Shown piece after piece: positions 34,145 through 46,537 of a stretch of DNA of 64,000 bases (within the stretch, counting starts at the first letter, position 1; the number at the start of each line of letters is the position of its first letter). The notes under the pieces are model-generated. The model did not search any database and had not been told where the DNA came from. It was given only the letters and a program-made list of their open reading frames with translations. The DNA lies in the NCBI GenBank assembly GCA_905178155.1, contig CAJINV010000031.1:68265-132264 (forward strand). Reading direction: 5' to 3'. The stretch comes from Amoebophrya sp. A120. Taxonomy: Eukaryota; Protista; Dinoflagellata. A program made the translations under genes and the position numbers.

Positions 34145-37100
34145 ATGTCGTCGGATCATCGGGTTGAGCTTCCGGTACCGGTGCAGAAAAACGAGATCTT
34201 GACCGAGAATAATAAAGAACATCAACACTACCGGCGACAAGGTTTTGCAGAAAGGTATGCCTCGGCCCACTCGCTGCTGTCTTTGCCTTCCTCGGTGGTC
34301 GAGGAAGTTCTGGTATCAAATGTAAAAATGTCTGGGTCTGGAAGATTGCCAGGTTTGTGATGCACATTTTGCATGACTCCTGATGTCTGTGATGCATGCC
34401 CTAGCATCACAGATTTTGTGAGGGCTTCCTGATGCCTATACCGCATGACAAATGCTCTTTCCGTGTAGCAAAACTTGGACTCTCTTTGCTGCTCATGCAA
34501 TACAGATTTTTTTAGAATCCAAAATCAGCATGACAAGTGCCAACCTTCCAGACCCAGACATTTTTACATTTGATATCTGGACGACAGCTATGAGTATGAT
34601 CCAGCACAGTTCGCGGGCGCAACTCTTCTAGAACTAGACGAGGATCATCATGGCAACAACGTCTCGACTTATAATACTCGCGAGGAGGACGGCCACGGCG
34701 CTGGTGCTGGTGGTCAGCGCCAGTCGCTTCGTCTACCCGGCGTAGGTGCACCGAACATGGAAGCTGGCGGCTCCTCTCCCTCAACTCGAGTTTTACACTA
34801 TCCCAGAGAGCATGAGAAGCAGCAGGGTTTTTGCTCGCCTCGTAGCGGAGATAGGCAAGAAATTTGTGTTTCCCCGAAAGAACAAGCTGCTGTTCTTTCG
34901 AAAGGTTCAGCCGCTGCAAATTCGCGGGATGGCTTCCTCTCCAAGCAGTCGCGGATAGTAGGATCCTCAAGCGGGGGTGTAGTAGTACACCCCTCATCTT
35001 CTGCTGCACATCAAACCGAGGTCGAGCAGGAGCAGAGGAAGAAGAAACTGTTTTCTGCTTTGAGCAGATCGCGGTCTTTGCTGCAGCTGGATTTGGATGA
35101 TATCCGCGAGAGCGATATCAAATGTAAAAATGTCTGGGTCTGGAAATTTGTGATGCTGTGTGGCATATCATGAGGAGGCCACAGTTGCTGGCTCAGCATG
35201 ACAAGTTTCTGAGCTTCTAGGTGTTGCCTATTCTGCATGACAAACTACGTTTCTGCATGACAGAAAAGTGGGGCGCTTTGGTAATGTGCATGACAGATTT
35301 AAGAGTCATGCCAGACAAGCATGACAAACTTGCATTTTTCCAGACCCAGACATTTTTACATTTGATAAGCGAGGCGCGCGCACAATTCGCGCAAAAGCGC
35401 ACGAGATCTTTCCAGTACAAGAGAAGCCCGAGTAGCTGCACGAGCGACGGCGGTGCTGGCGACAATTGGATGATTACATCCGGTACTATGCGCCTGCTGT
35501 CGAGCACCTCACAGCAGCAAGAGGACGGCACTTCTTGCGCCGGAGTTGTAGAGAGGAACACGTACACGACCGAAGGTGACCCGGAAGCTTGTGGCCGAGG
35601 GGATAATCTCTGCCTGATCGACGAGGAGAATCCGGCGGAGAGGACGAGCGCTGTTCTGCCCACCGGGGACGAGAAATTTTTCGTCGATGAGACGGCAAGT
35701 CTTTTACTGTCGAACACGTGGGCGGACAGCATCGATGACAAGGTCGACCGCTCTATCCTCCGGAAAAACGTAGTCACCTCCTCGAGCTCGACATTTAGTC
35801 AAGATAGCAGTTCTGGTATGCAAGACAAAGAATTTTGGCTTCTGGTTTCGCGCACGAGGTGGCAAACTTGCTTTGGGTCTCTAGTGCAGCGTACCATAAC
35901 AAGCCCATTTCTTTTTTTTGAGGACTCCACAATATAAGTAGATACAGCAGAACAAACTGTGGAACAATTCCTAATTAGCCTGAAAACATGCTCGTTATAG
36001 CGCTAGGGCGCATCAATACAAATTCGGCATGCGGAAGATTTGCATTTGCACGTCAATATGATAAACATGGGGCAGCTCTTGCTAGTACGTTTTTCCGCAG
36101 GATACGTATGGTAGAGGACTCGATGCGAGCGGATCAGTATGTCGATGGTAGGCTCCATCCTGGCAACGACCGGGCACTTGCCGGACGAGAAGAACGGCTT
36201 AACAACAGCGAAGTAAACCAGAGTGGCGGCGGCCGGTGTTCCAACAGCAGTAATCGTTGTAGCGCCGGAGCGCTGGCGCGTAGTGAGCAAGTGGATCACA
36301 TTATCAAAAGGAAAAATCCCCCCTCCCCATATCAAAACGAAGTTTCTGATGCTGGATTTGCGTACACAAATCAGACTTGTCGTGCTGAAGAGGACTGCAG
36401 GCCTATACTAGGCCTGAGTAGAGAGGTTTTCTGCTAGGCGCTACGCATGGCAAACGCGTACTCTGTAGGGCCAACAGCATCACAAACCGCCTGCAGAATG
36501 CGGCGGAGCCTGTGTAGTTTCGTTCCTGCAAGACAGAGATGATTTGAGGTCACAGATGAGCATTACAAATTTCCTGAGATGTGCCTTTTCGATATGGGGA
36601 GAGGGAATTTTTGCTTACGATACACATGACCGACTATTTTCACGACGTGGCCGAGGAAGACGAGGAAAGCGGCAAGCGGAACAAGGGTCGTGCTGGGCCT
36701 CTGAACATGAATCAAGAGGTTCGCATTCCCAAGTCCATCTACATGGGCCTTGCCCTGGTCCTCACGGTGGTGCTTCTCGCGTGCTTGTGCGGGGCACTGG
36801 CCGGCGGGAACCTGTTTTCGGGGGGGCGTCAGGGTGCCAACCAACAACTGCGGCCGTTCGACGTGTTCGGGAGCCCGCCGAAAGACCCCGTATCAATTGC
36901 AAAAATGTCTGGGTCTGGAAAGACCCAAGGTTTGTCATGCTTGTCGGACATGCCTCTCAAGTCTGTCATGCACGACATTACCCAAAACCAAAAGCCCCAC
37001 TTTTCTATCATGCAGAAGCCCGCTTTGTCATGCAGAAAAGCCAAGACTGTAGCACCTCCAAAACTTGTCATGCTTGCCAGTCAAATGAGGCGTCCTCGTA

Positions 37101-40100
37101 TTTCGCAACCAGCATTACAAGTTTGCAGACCCAGGCATATTTGCAATGCATACCCTGGAGGTGGTCACGACCGCGACAGTACCACGTTTCAGCCCGGGGT
37201 CGACGGTCCCGGCAGCGCGACATCTACTTCCGGGGGGCCGAAAATAAACCCACTGCCGCCCCCGGTTCCGCAAAATTACTATGATCCCACTTCGGCTCCA
37301 CCAATTACAGCTCCAACTGCCCCTCCGTCTGATGTTGTTGTTGTTCCGACTCCAGGTGGACTAGCTGCTCCTACACCATCAACTGTGCCGGGTCATGGCA
37401 ACATGCCGGCAAGTTCCAGCACACTAGTTGCCCCGACGACTTCGTCGACTCCGAGGACCAGCAACACACCCGCGCTTCCATCCGCGAGTTCATCGGGAGA
37501 CGAGGGAACAAATCCATCAGAACTTCTACCCAGCGTGCCAGCCGGCGGCGTAGAGGGCCACGACGGGTTGGGTAGTTCAACAGTGTCGTCCGAAGTGACA
37601 ACCAGTACATCTTCACAAGTTGTACAGCAGCCTACTAGTACACCAGATTCAGGAGCTGCAGTGGTCGCGCCAGGTGGAACTACTACCTTCGCTGCAGAGC
37701 CATCGGCGTCTGGTTCGGCGCAGGGCCACGTAGTAGCAGAGGTCCCTTCGACTCACCGGGCCGAAACGCAGTCGAGCGCTGCTGTGTCGCAGCAAGGGAC
37801 TACAACTTTGGACCCTACCCACGACCGTAGTGCACATCAACCAAGCAGCTCGGAAGGTGTCACGAGGACTCAGCCACCGGCTGATGGAGCAAATGCCGAC
37901 TACGGTTTTGATGCGGAAGGTAGCTTGGTCGCACCGTCCACTACGCGTCGTGTCGGAGAAGTGGAAAATTATGTGCAGAACGCGGGGCAGGAACTGCAGC
38001 GGCCTGCGCCAGCATCTAATATCGGCGCAGCTGATTACCTAAGTTCAAGTTCTGGCGCATCCTTTTCATCTTTCTCTTTTCCCCGGGAGACGCCAGCATC
38101 GCCGCCTAATACAGGGGCACAGCACGGCAGTACAACTCCACCGAGTCATCTCGACAGCACCAGAAGCTCCATGCCTCCACCGCCCGCCAGCTATATTCCA
38201 CGCCGGCTCGCTGCTAAGGGTGATGGCGGCAGTCACCACGACGACGATGGTTATGCCTCCACCGCCTGTCCCGCGTCCAGTGCGAGCAGCGAGTACGGAG
38301 ATAACTCCGAATGCGGGGAACAGCACGACTCTCTAGCGGGGCAGCTCCACGGCGAAACAGATTCTGCAAGTGGCTCCAGCTGCTTCATGGACACGTGTTT
38401 TTTCCCGCCGCATGGGGACCCTACACCTACCGGAGCTACCACAGGGAACTACAACGGAACCAGCGCTAGCTGTAGCGGTTTCAATACCTCCTCCGGCACC
38501 GGAAGATCCTCTTCGTGCTGTTCCGCTAGTGAAGATAACGCTTGTAGTTCCACCAGCATGATCTCATCTGGGGATAGTGAAGAAGATGACCGCCCACGAC
38601 CTCTGCCGCAAAATTTGCTGCTTGGAAATTACAATGGCGGCGCTGCGTCTTATCTCCATCGCGAAGGCTATCTCGGGAATTCGTATTGGCCCACCTTCGG
38701 GGCCGCGGGCCAAAGAAGAGGGTCGCGCGAATCAGTGGACGCTGCGAAGGACACGCTGCGCTACTGGTACGAGGGGATGGTGCGCAGTTTCAACGAGATG
38801 CACGGCTACACGTCTGTGACAAACCGGCGGCCGCCCCACGTGCTCTTCGAGACAGGGGGCAAGACGGAGCTAGCGGGGGCGTACCCACTCATGAAGACAC
38901 TGGCCAGGCAGGGCGTGCGAGTCACACTGCTCGCGCCTTTCGGAAAGTTCGCAAGCAGGAACTCGTCGTTGTACACAACGAAAACAACTACTTCGAAGAT
39001 CGCGGGGGCTGCTCCGAAGATTGACGCCACTACATCCCGGCTGTATTCGCTAGACCCGGTTCCAAACGTTGACGCTCCGGTGCTTCCGGAGCGACTGATG
39101 CCGGAGGAAGACCGCGGGGTTGGTGAGGACTACGAAGACCCTATCACATGAGGAGAAACGGGGGTCCCACCATCCATACCTATTGGTCAAGTTGGGAACT
39201 TTGCAACACAAATCCAGAAGTCATAGGAGTTACGCACGATAAGTTTTCGCTCTCGGTGCTGTTGTCGTGTTTTGCTAGTAGTGCAGCTGCATCACAAGAA
39301 ATCGATCTTTTTATCATGATGAGAGCATCACAAGTGCTTCCCAAAAAGCATTAGAAAATGGTTCTCATGGGGAACAACCGCATGCGATGACACATATTAG
39401 AAGGCACGTAGATTTGCATATACAACTCTCGGATCAACACGGGGACCACGTTTTTCCGCACGATAAACCCGGAGCAGGACCGAGTCGCGTGGGACTTTGG
39501 CCTGCCCGTCCACGATTGGCGGGCGCTGGAGGAGGCCGGCGTCACAGTGGTGCCGTTGAAGCCGCGGGACGTGATTCACAACTCGGGCTGGCTGTTTGCG
39601 CAGCAGGCCAAGGACAGCAAAATTCTTCGCTGGTCGCGGGACTACAAGTTCACGGAAAAGTTCATTGCGGAGTACATTCTGGGGGAAAACCCGGTGGACT
39701 TCGTGATCAGCGACTGCTACGCGGCGGGCAGCGGCGTGGCGAAAACGCTGATGGAGACTTTGCGAGTGCCCGGCAGCATCTGGTGCGGTAATTTCCACGG
39801 GGCCTGGGCGGCCCGCTGGGTGCTGGATCGCACCATGCGCAGTTCGCCTGGCTCCAACAAGTCGCCCACGGACTTCTTTCCGACCTTTGTGCAACACTTC
39901 CTGCCGTCGGAAGTCACCAAGCAGACGGGGTCCTGCTTCCCGAAGGTACAAATCAGGAAGGAAGTAGAGGGCGCTGCAGATGAGAGCCTTCATGGTAAAA
40001 AGTCCTCGTGCAGCACTTGCAATTCTAGTTTCATAAGAGCTGGTGCATCAGATACGACGGAAGACGACTTTGATTCCGATGTTGACAGCACGACCGGAAG

Positions 40101-43100
40101 CTCCCTTCGGAGCTGCAGTGGTGACAGTTATTGCAGCAGTCTCTGTAGCACTAGCGGTGGAACAAGTTGTGGCTCTATCAACAACTCCACTGTGCTGACC
40201 ACTAGTACTTCGCTAACCCCCCGGTCCGCGACACCCCTTCGGGTGGATTGCCGGATGCCGGGCCCGAACCCACACGATCGCCGCACGATTCCCAACGTGG
40301 TCATCGCGGCGCAAAGTGCGAAAGCACGGACGATAAGCATCGGAAATCCTCGCACAGAGGCCGGGCAGGAAGGTACTAAAACTTCTACACCAGAAAAAAT
40401 AGCCGAACGTGATCCAGACATTTTGTGGATGCGCGAACGGGTGGCCGCATTGGAAGCCAAACTGCTGCAAGGTCGTGCTGGGGAGACGTCCAAGAGGAGC
40501 AACGGTGAGGTTTTTAACACCACTGCACGTCGCGGCGGTTCGCGCTTGCAAAGTGAAACTATGCAGGTGAAAATTCTCTACATTGCGTTCGGGCGACAAT
40601 CGTTTAACTTCCACTACCTTGCTATGGAGCACCTGTGGCGGAGTTTGCGAAACATGCCGGAAAACATCCTCTATCAAATGCAAATATGTCTGGGTCTGGA
40701 AGGATGCAAGGTCTGTCATGCACAGTTTGCATGACTGCTGACGTCTGTGATGCATGCCCTAGCATCACAGATTTTGTGAGGGCTTCGCGTTGCCTATACC
40801 GCATGATAAATGCCGTCTCGTCGTGGCAAAAACTGGAACTCCTTTGCTTTTCATGCAATACAGATTTTGTTAGGATCCGAGTGCAGCATCACAAGTTGCA
40901 ACCTTCCAAACCCAGACATATTTGCATTTGATATCCTCGTCTACCTAGTTGCGCCAGACGGCATGCAGTGGAAAAATGAAGAAAGTGCGCTGCTGGGCAA
41001 GCTTGGGCGGAAACAGATCACCTCTGCTTGGGTCCAACGGCAGTACGGCAAATGTGTTCGACTGCAGCATCGGGTTTTCGCAGGTAAACTGAAGTGGATG
41101 AAAACGAAAAGTCGTCGTCGCACCAGGAGCAGTTGGCGAAACACGGTTGCGCGCCAGCAGGCCGAAAACTATTGTGTGGGTATCTGGAAAGACGGCGTGC
41201 ACGACAGAGAACTGGATGAAATTGATATCTCGCCGGAAAAAAGCCGCACCAGAAGTAGAAAGCAGAAAACTTCGTCCGCATCTTCATCCGCAGCCACGCG
41301 GCCGCGCGGCTTTGATGGTAGTACTTTATTCCGCAAGATCGAGGTGACGCTGAATGCTCCGCAGCTGAAGCTTTTCCAGACCTTCCTATCAAAATGAAAA
41401 ATCCCCCCACCTCATACTCAAACTAGAAATTTGTGATGCAGATTTGTGTCACAAATCAGCTTTGTCATGCTACTTAGAAGGGAAAGGATGCGGACTTTAG
41501 TGCTGGTTGGCGTGGGAAAGCCTTGCATCTTCAGCATGACAGGGGGCAGCTGGAAGTGGGAAACAGCATGACAAATTGCCTGCAAACGAGGCCGCAGCTG
41601 CGTCTCTTGGCCTTCTAGCATTACATGTCGATTTGTGTACTCAAATACAGCATCACAAATTTCGTTTCCGATATGGGGACGGGGGATTTTTCCTTTTGAT
41701 ACTTCCCAGAGCAAGTTTTCTACGTCGCGCACGGGGGCGTGAGCGGGCTCACGGAAGCGATCGGCCTCAAGGTTCCCATCATTTGCGTGCCCATGCTGTT
41801 TATGGATTGCAAAAATGTCTGGGTCTGGAAAGATGCAAGTTTGTCATGCTTGTCTGGCATGATTCTGCATTCTGTATTGCGTGGCCACCAAGAGGCCCTC
41901 TTGCCTGTCGTGCAAAAGCGCAGTTTCTCATGCGAAATACGCAGCACAGAAGCACAAAAATAGTTGTCATGCTTGGGGGCGCATTACAGAGCGCTTATTG
42001 TTCACGGACTTGCATCACAAGTTTCCAGACCCAGACATTTTTGCATTTGATGCTGTTTCCGGATCAGCCCGCGAACTGCCGGGCTGTCGAGAAAGCCGGG
42101 ATCGGCCTCAACCTGAGCCAGCACGTGACGTGGAAGCTGTGGAAAAGTCGGTCCCTGGTGATGCGGCCGGGCGGCGAAGCCCTGCTGCACTGGTGGGACG
42201 AGAACGGGTGCTACGCCGGAGAGGAGGAATTCCGGGCGGACCGCAAGACGCACCCCAGGGAGGTGGTCTCCTTGGACACCGCAGTGACGTATCTGCTCGA
42301 GAAAGAGCACGCCGCACGCGTGTACGCGAAGCTGGAAGAGGTGTACGCGGCTCTGCAGAAGGAGGCAGTCGACCGGGAAGACGGGCTTGCGCCGTTCGTA
42401 ACCGAACTCTTGGAGGACTTGAGCCGCGGCGTCCCGCAAGAAAAAATTGCAGCGGAGGGCGGTTTGCACTTCGCAACGGTGCCACGGTATTCCGAGATTG
42501 GTGATGATGTTCGACGCCCACGAGAACAAAAGCTAGGGGACGATGATCATCATAAAGTTGCGACAGAACTACGGGTTAGTACCCTTCTAGATGCTGCAGA
42601 TGGTCGTCAACAGCATGCAGGAGATGAAGCTCTAGATATTGAACAAGCTTCTTCGTCGTCCAGCACATTTGGTCGTGCCAACGGGGGGCGCACTAGCACC
42701 AGCCGCGGTACCGTGAGTCTGTCCCTCGACCTGGGTGGTTCGGGCTTGAAAGCTATGTTTGTTCGTGTATCCACCAAGAGAACTACTAGTACCGAGGAAC
42801 CACGAGAACCGAGGACCGAGGAGCCGTCCTCTGTTATTAGACAAGGAGAGCCCGGCGTTTTTACCACAGTCATGCAGCTGGACCCCGAACTGAAGCCAAA
42901 GTTTGAATTTCCCGAGCTGCGTTTGAGTTTGACCCCGAGCGAGCACCGACTGGGTTACGTGACGGACATCCGCGGCGAGCCGCCCACCGAGTGGTTCATG
43001 CGTCGGCTACGGCAGGAGTACGGTGCAGCGATTTATAGTACCTTTCCACCAGGCCCAAGCCGCAGAACTACTGCAGGGCCGCCGCGCCAGGAGCTGCCCA

Positions 43101-46100
43101 CAACCGGCATGAGTTCCGCGCCACCAGGATCTCCACTACGGCCGGATGGCACGGCCCTCTTGCGTTTTGGTCTTGCTCCCGCCGACGTCGTTCCTGTGGA
43201 CCTCGCCAACCTGACTTCTAGTGCGATCCACATCAGCGCCAGCTCCGGAGACAGCTACAAGCTACTTGGCCCCACCGAACAAAAAGCATCAAAACGCCTG
43301 ATGGAAGCGGTTTTGATGGGTAGTGGTTCTTCATCAGGAGGAGCTGGACAACAAGAACATTTTTATCGAGAGCGCAAGAAGAGTCGAGCGTGTCCTGGGA
43401 AGCGGGAAGTTGAAATCCAACTAAGTGAAAGCGATAAAGCGGTCTGGGGACAGTACTGCCACTCGTTTGTAATCTGCGAGGAGGAAAGGCGCAATAAGAC
43501 GGGCGCAACGTCGGCGACCAGCTCTCGGCAGCAACTATACGCGGAGGAGTTCTCGCAGCATCGAAGTGGTGGAGGTGCTCCGCCCCACAAGGACGAGCTG
43601 CAGCTTCTACACGGGCGCTGCCACGAGTGGAAAACCCTGAGCCAGTATCAAATGCAAGAATGTCTGGGTCTGGAAACTTGTGATGCTGGATGGCGTCTCA
43701 TGATGAGGCCACAAATGCTGGCTCAGCATGACAAGTTTCTGAGCTCCTAGGTGTTGCCTATTCTGCATGACAAACTGCCCTTCTGCATCACAGAAAAGCG
43801 GAGCTCTTGGGTAACGTGCATGACAGATTTAAGAGTCATGCCAGACAAGCATGACAAACATGAATTCTTCCAGACCCAGACATTTTTACATTTGATAGCC
43901 AGATTTTCACGGGGGTCCGGGTGTCGGCTCGCACCGATTCCGAGGTTCACCAGACCGCGGCTGGGACCTTGCTACGCGATCTGGAGGAAATGAGGCACCC
44001 TAGCAGCCGTCCGGACTGGAGAAGCATCGACATATGAAAACAGACAACGAAACTCCCCTCTGACCTCGAAATTCGATCATGAAATATGTGTGTAGAAGGA
44101 TTACGCACTGATCAAGACATTAAGCATGAATCAGCTTTTTACTAGCATTTCGCTTGCTTGTCGTGTAAACAAGCCTGAGAAGAAGCATGAACCGGGAATA
44201 CAGAAGATCGGTGCAACACGTTGGAGTGCTACCGTTGACGGAGGAAAAGAAATGCTGCCTTGTATCTATACTTGTAGTAGCGATGTTGAAGCGCCGCAGG
44301 AGTAGTTATAGTCCCTGCGTTGTTCTTGAACTTGTGTCTGTGCTGTCATGTTGTTGATCAAAATCTGCCTGAGCCTGCAGATGAGGCGGAGGTGGAACAA
44401 CGCTTCCATTTGATACGATGTGTCGAACTACGTGAATGTGGCTGCGGGAACCCATCTGGCGGTGACGTTTGTGAGCGCGGGTGCGGACGGGAAGCCGGCT
44501 CCGATGGGTTACCTGGACATGGTCAAGGGGCTCGTGCACAAGAAAGCGCGCGGCCTGCATCAGAAATACTTGTCCGACCTGCTGGTGCCGCTGCCGGCCC
44601 GTATTATGAACGAAAACTCGAAGAAACAGGTGTACCGGCTGGAGGGCATGCGGTGGCTGAACGACCCCAGTATTGACTACTCGAAGCCGTTGTCGGCAGC
44701 CGCGAAGTATGCATTGCAAATATGTCTCCTGGGTCTGGAAACCTGTGATGCTGGTTTGCGAATCATAAAAGCAGCCTCCAATATGGGGACGCGCATGACA
44801 AGTTTCTAAGCGACTAGGTCTTGCGTCAAATGCATGAGAAACTGCGTTTTTGCATTACAAAAAAATAGACTGGTGGCGCAACATGCATGACAAATCCTCC
44901 TCTCCTGTCAGCAGAGCATTACAAGTCTGGTAATCTTCTTCCAGACCCACACATTTTTGCAGTGGATACGTTGCGGCAACTAGATGAGAACGAGGACCAA
45001 CGCGCGTTTTTGCCGGCCGGCGTGCTACTCGGCGGCCACGGGCAGGCGGACAACCAAATTGAACCGTACGTGAGCGCCTTCGCGTGGACCAAGTTCTTGC
45101 GCGAGCAGTTGGCCCCATTGGCAAAGCAGTGGTTCAACATCGAGCACCAGTCGACATCTTCTGCTGCTCGGAAGGAGGGCACGAAAGGACAAGAAGAGGA
45201 AACATTGTCAGGCATCACGGGAAGGAGCAGCGGTACGAGACGGTCGGCGGAGAATGAAGCCGAGGGAGAGGACCCGCGGGACGGGAGCACTAGTCATCCA
45301 CAGAAGCGGTGGGTGCAGCCGGATGAACAAGAGCAAGTCCTTGGCACGTCACACCCCGAGAATATTACTAGCACGCAGGGACAAGAAGAAGAAGTGCGGA
45401 GAACAGCAAGAGCATCTTCAAAGAGCCCCTTAATACCCCTCGTGCTAACTGGTGGACAGGCCAGTGCGATTTTGCGCGCGGCGGGACCGTATCAAATGCA
45501 AAAATGTCTGGGTCTGGAAGATTCTGAGACTTGTCATGCACGTTTTGCATGGGCCATGATGCCTGTGATGCATACCCTAGCAATACAGATTTTCTGAGGG
45601 CTTCTTGATGCCTATTCCGCATGACAAATGCCTTCTCAGCGTAGCAAAAACTGCATTGCCTTTGGTACTCATGCTATACAGATTTTTTTGGAATCCAAAT
45701 GCAGCATCACAAGTTCGGACTCTTCCAGACCCAGACATATTTGCATTGCATAGACCGAAATCGAACCATGGCGATGAGACGCTCCGGTATTTGCGAGAAA
45801 AGTTCGGGATTGTGGTCTTGGCGGGCTACGATTCCTACGTCCACTGCGGCACCAAGCAGATGGAGAACTGGACGTCGCGGTCGCCAGGTAGTTTACAACA
45901 ACAGCACGACGGCTTATTTCAAAACAATACCGCCCTCGCAGTAGAAACTACGAAGCGGTCCTGTCGTGGGTTCGCACCGGAGGAAATCCGGCGACGCGCC
46001 GAGCAGTACATGCATAGTAAGGGGGAAGAGCAGGATGATGAGTCTCCGGGAAGATCACCGCGGAAGAACAAGACGACGACAAGGAACAACGGCCCGGCAG

Positions 46101-46537
46101 CTCTTTATAATTCTTCCGGAAGACCAATGAGCAGGAGAAGTAGTAACACGCTTTCCCTTGATGTTTCGGGCCATGATGGAAATACTAGATCCGAACCAGA
46201 TGTTGAACAAGAAGCAAAAATTACAAGTAGCCCTCGTCCAGAAGATGAAGATGTCGTGTCCAACATCTCGAGCATTGACTCAACATCATTTTCACCCTTT
46301 TATTCGCCGCCGTCACGTCGACCCCGCGATGCGATTCTAACTGTGCACGACGAGAACACCGGATACAATAGCGAAAGGCGAGTCACAGTTGTAAACGAGA
46401 CCGCTTCATCGACTGGTCCTAGAAGTACTTGTTTAGAACAGCCTTGCGGTCATGGAAATAACAGCGAAAGTCGCCGCCCCGCCGCGGATCTGCCCCAGTA
46501 TGGCGCAGATGGAGCGCTTGCACTCGGCAGCGATTAG
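34145..46537 (+). CDS. ~2900-aa membrane-anchored protein: TM helix, Ser/Thr/Pro stalk, GT1 UDP-glycosyltransferase domain, then a ROK/ASKHA sugar-kinase-like domain; 12 introners and 1 GT-AG intron (35816-36000)
   Basis: GT1 motifs: PLMKTLARQGVRVT, VDFVISD, ILYIAFG, APQLKLF...FYVAHGGVSGLTEAIGLKVPIICVPMLFPDQPANCRAVEKAGIG. Kinase-like motifs: SLDLGGSGLKA, NYVNVAAGT, LVLTGG. Removing all elements plus one TSD each and the intron leaves 8739 nt = 2913 codons. Confidence 0.78.
34314..34575. mobile_element. Introner element family A (very similar to 4622-4883)
   Basis: Near-perfect TIR; TSD tctgg; join EVL|DDSY. Confidence 0.95.
35116..35367. mobile_element. Introner element family A
   Basis: Near-perfect TIR; TSD agcga; join RES|EARA. 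Confidence 0.95.
36302..36622. mobile_element. Introner element family J
   Basis: TIR TATC..AAG.AAAAAT.CC..CTCCCCATATC; TSD cacat; join VDH|MTDY. Confidence 0.9.
36891..37152. mobile_element. Introner element family A (in frame, stop-free)
   Basis: TIR present; TSD ccccg/ccctg; ORF 36581-39151 reads through it. Confidence 0.92.
39142..39465. mobile_element. Introner element family B (diverged)
   Basis: TATC..AAACG.GGGTCCC / GGGGACCACGTTTTT..GATA; TSD gaccc/aaccc; join EDP|EQDR. Confidence 0.85.
40672..40933. mobile_element. Introner element family A
   Basis: TIR present; TSD tcctc; join NIL|VYLV. Confidence 0.95.
41387..41701. mobile_element. Introner element family J
   Basis: TIR TATCAAAA.GAAAAATCCCCC; TSD cttcc; join QTF|PEQVFYVAHGG. 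Confidence 0.95.
41801..42052. mobile_element. Introner element family A
   Basis: TIR present; TSD ctgtt; join PMLF|PDQ (UGT signature). Confidence 0.95.
43646..43897. mobile_element. Introner element family A
   Basis: TIR present; TSD gccag; join LSQ|IFTG. Confidence 0.95.
44033..44415. mobile_element. Highly decayed introner-like insertion
   Basis: TATGAAA...TTTGATA ends; TSD cgaca/cgatg; removal is needed to join SID|MSNYVNV. Confidence 0.65.
44708..44968. mobile_element. Introner element family A
   Basis: TIR present; diverged TSD cgaag/cgttg; join AAK|RQLDE. Confidence 0.9.
45490..45752. mobile_element. Introner element family A (inverted relative to 9357 and 13012)
   Basis: TIR present; TSD gaccg; join AGP|KSNH. 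Confidence 0.95.

Noticed and set aside
41576-42052. N-terminus of the 724-aa ORF 41576-43750
   Set aside because: This part runs through two elements and reads the intervening exon in the wrong frame; the true exon reads FYVAHGGVSG.
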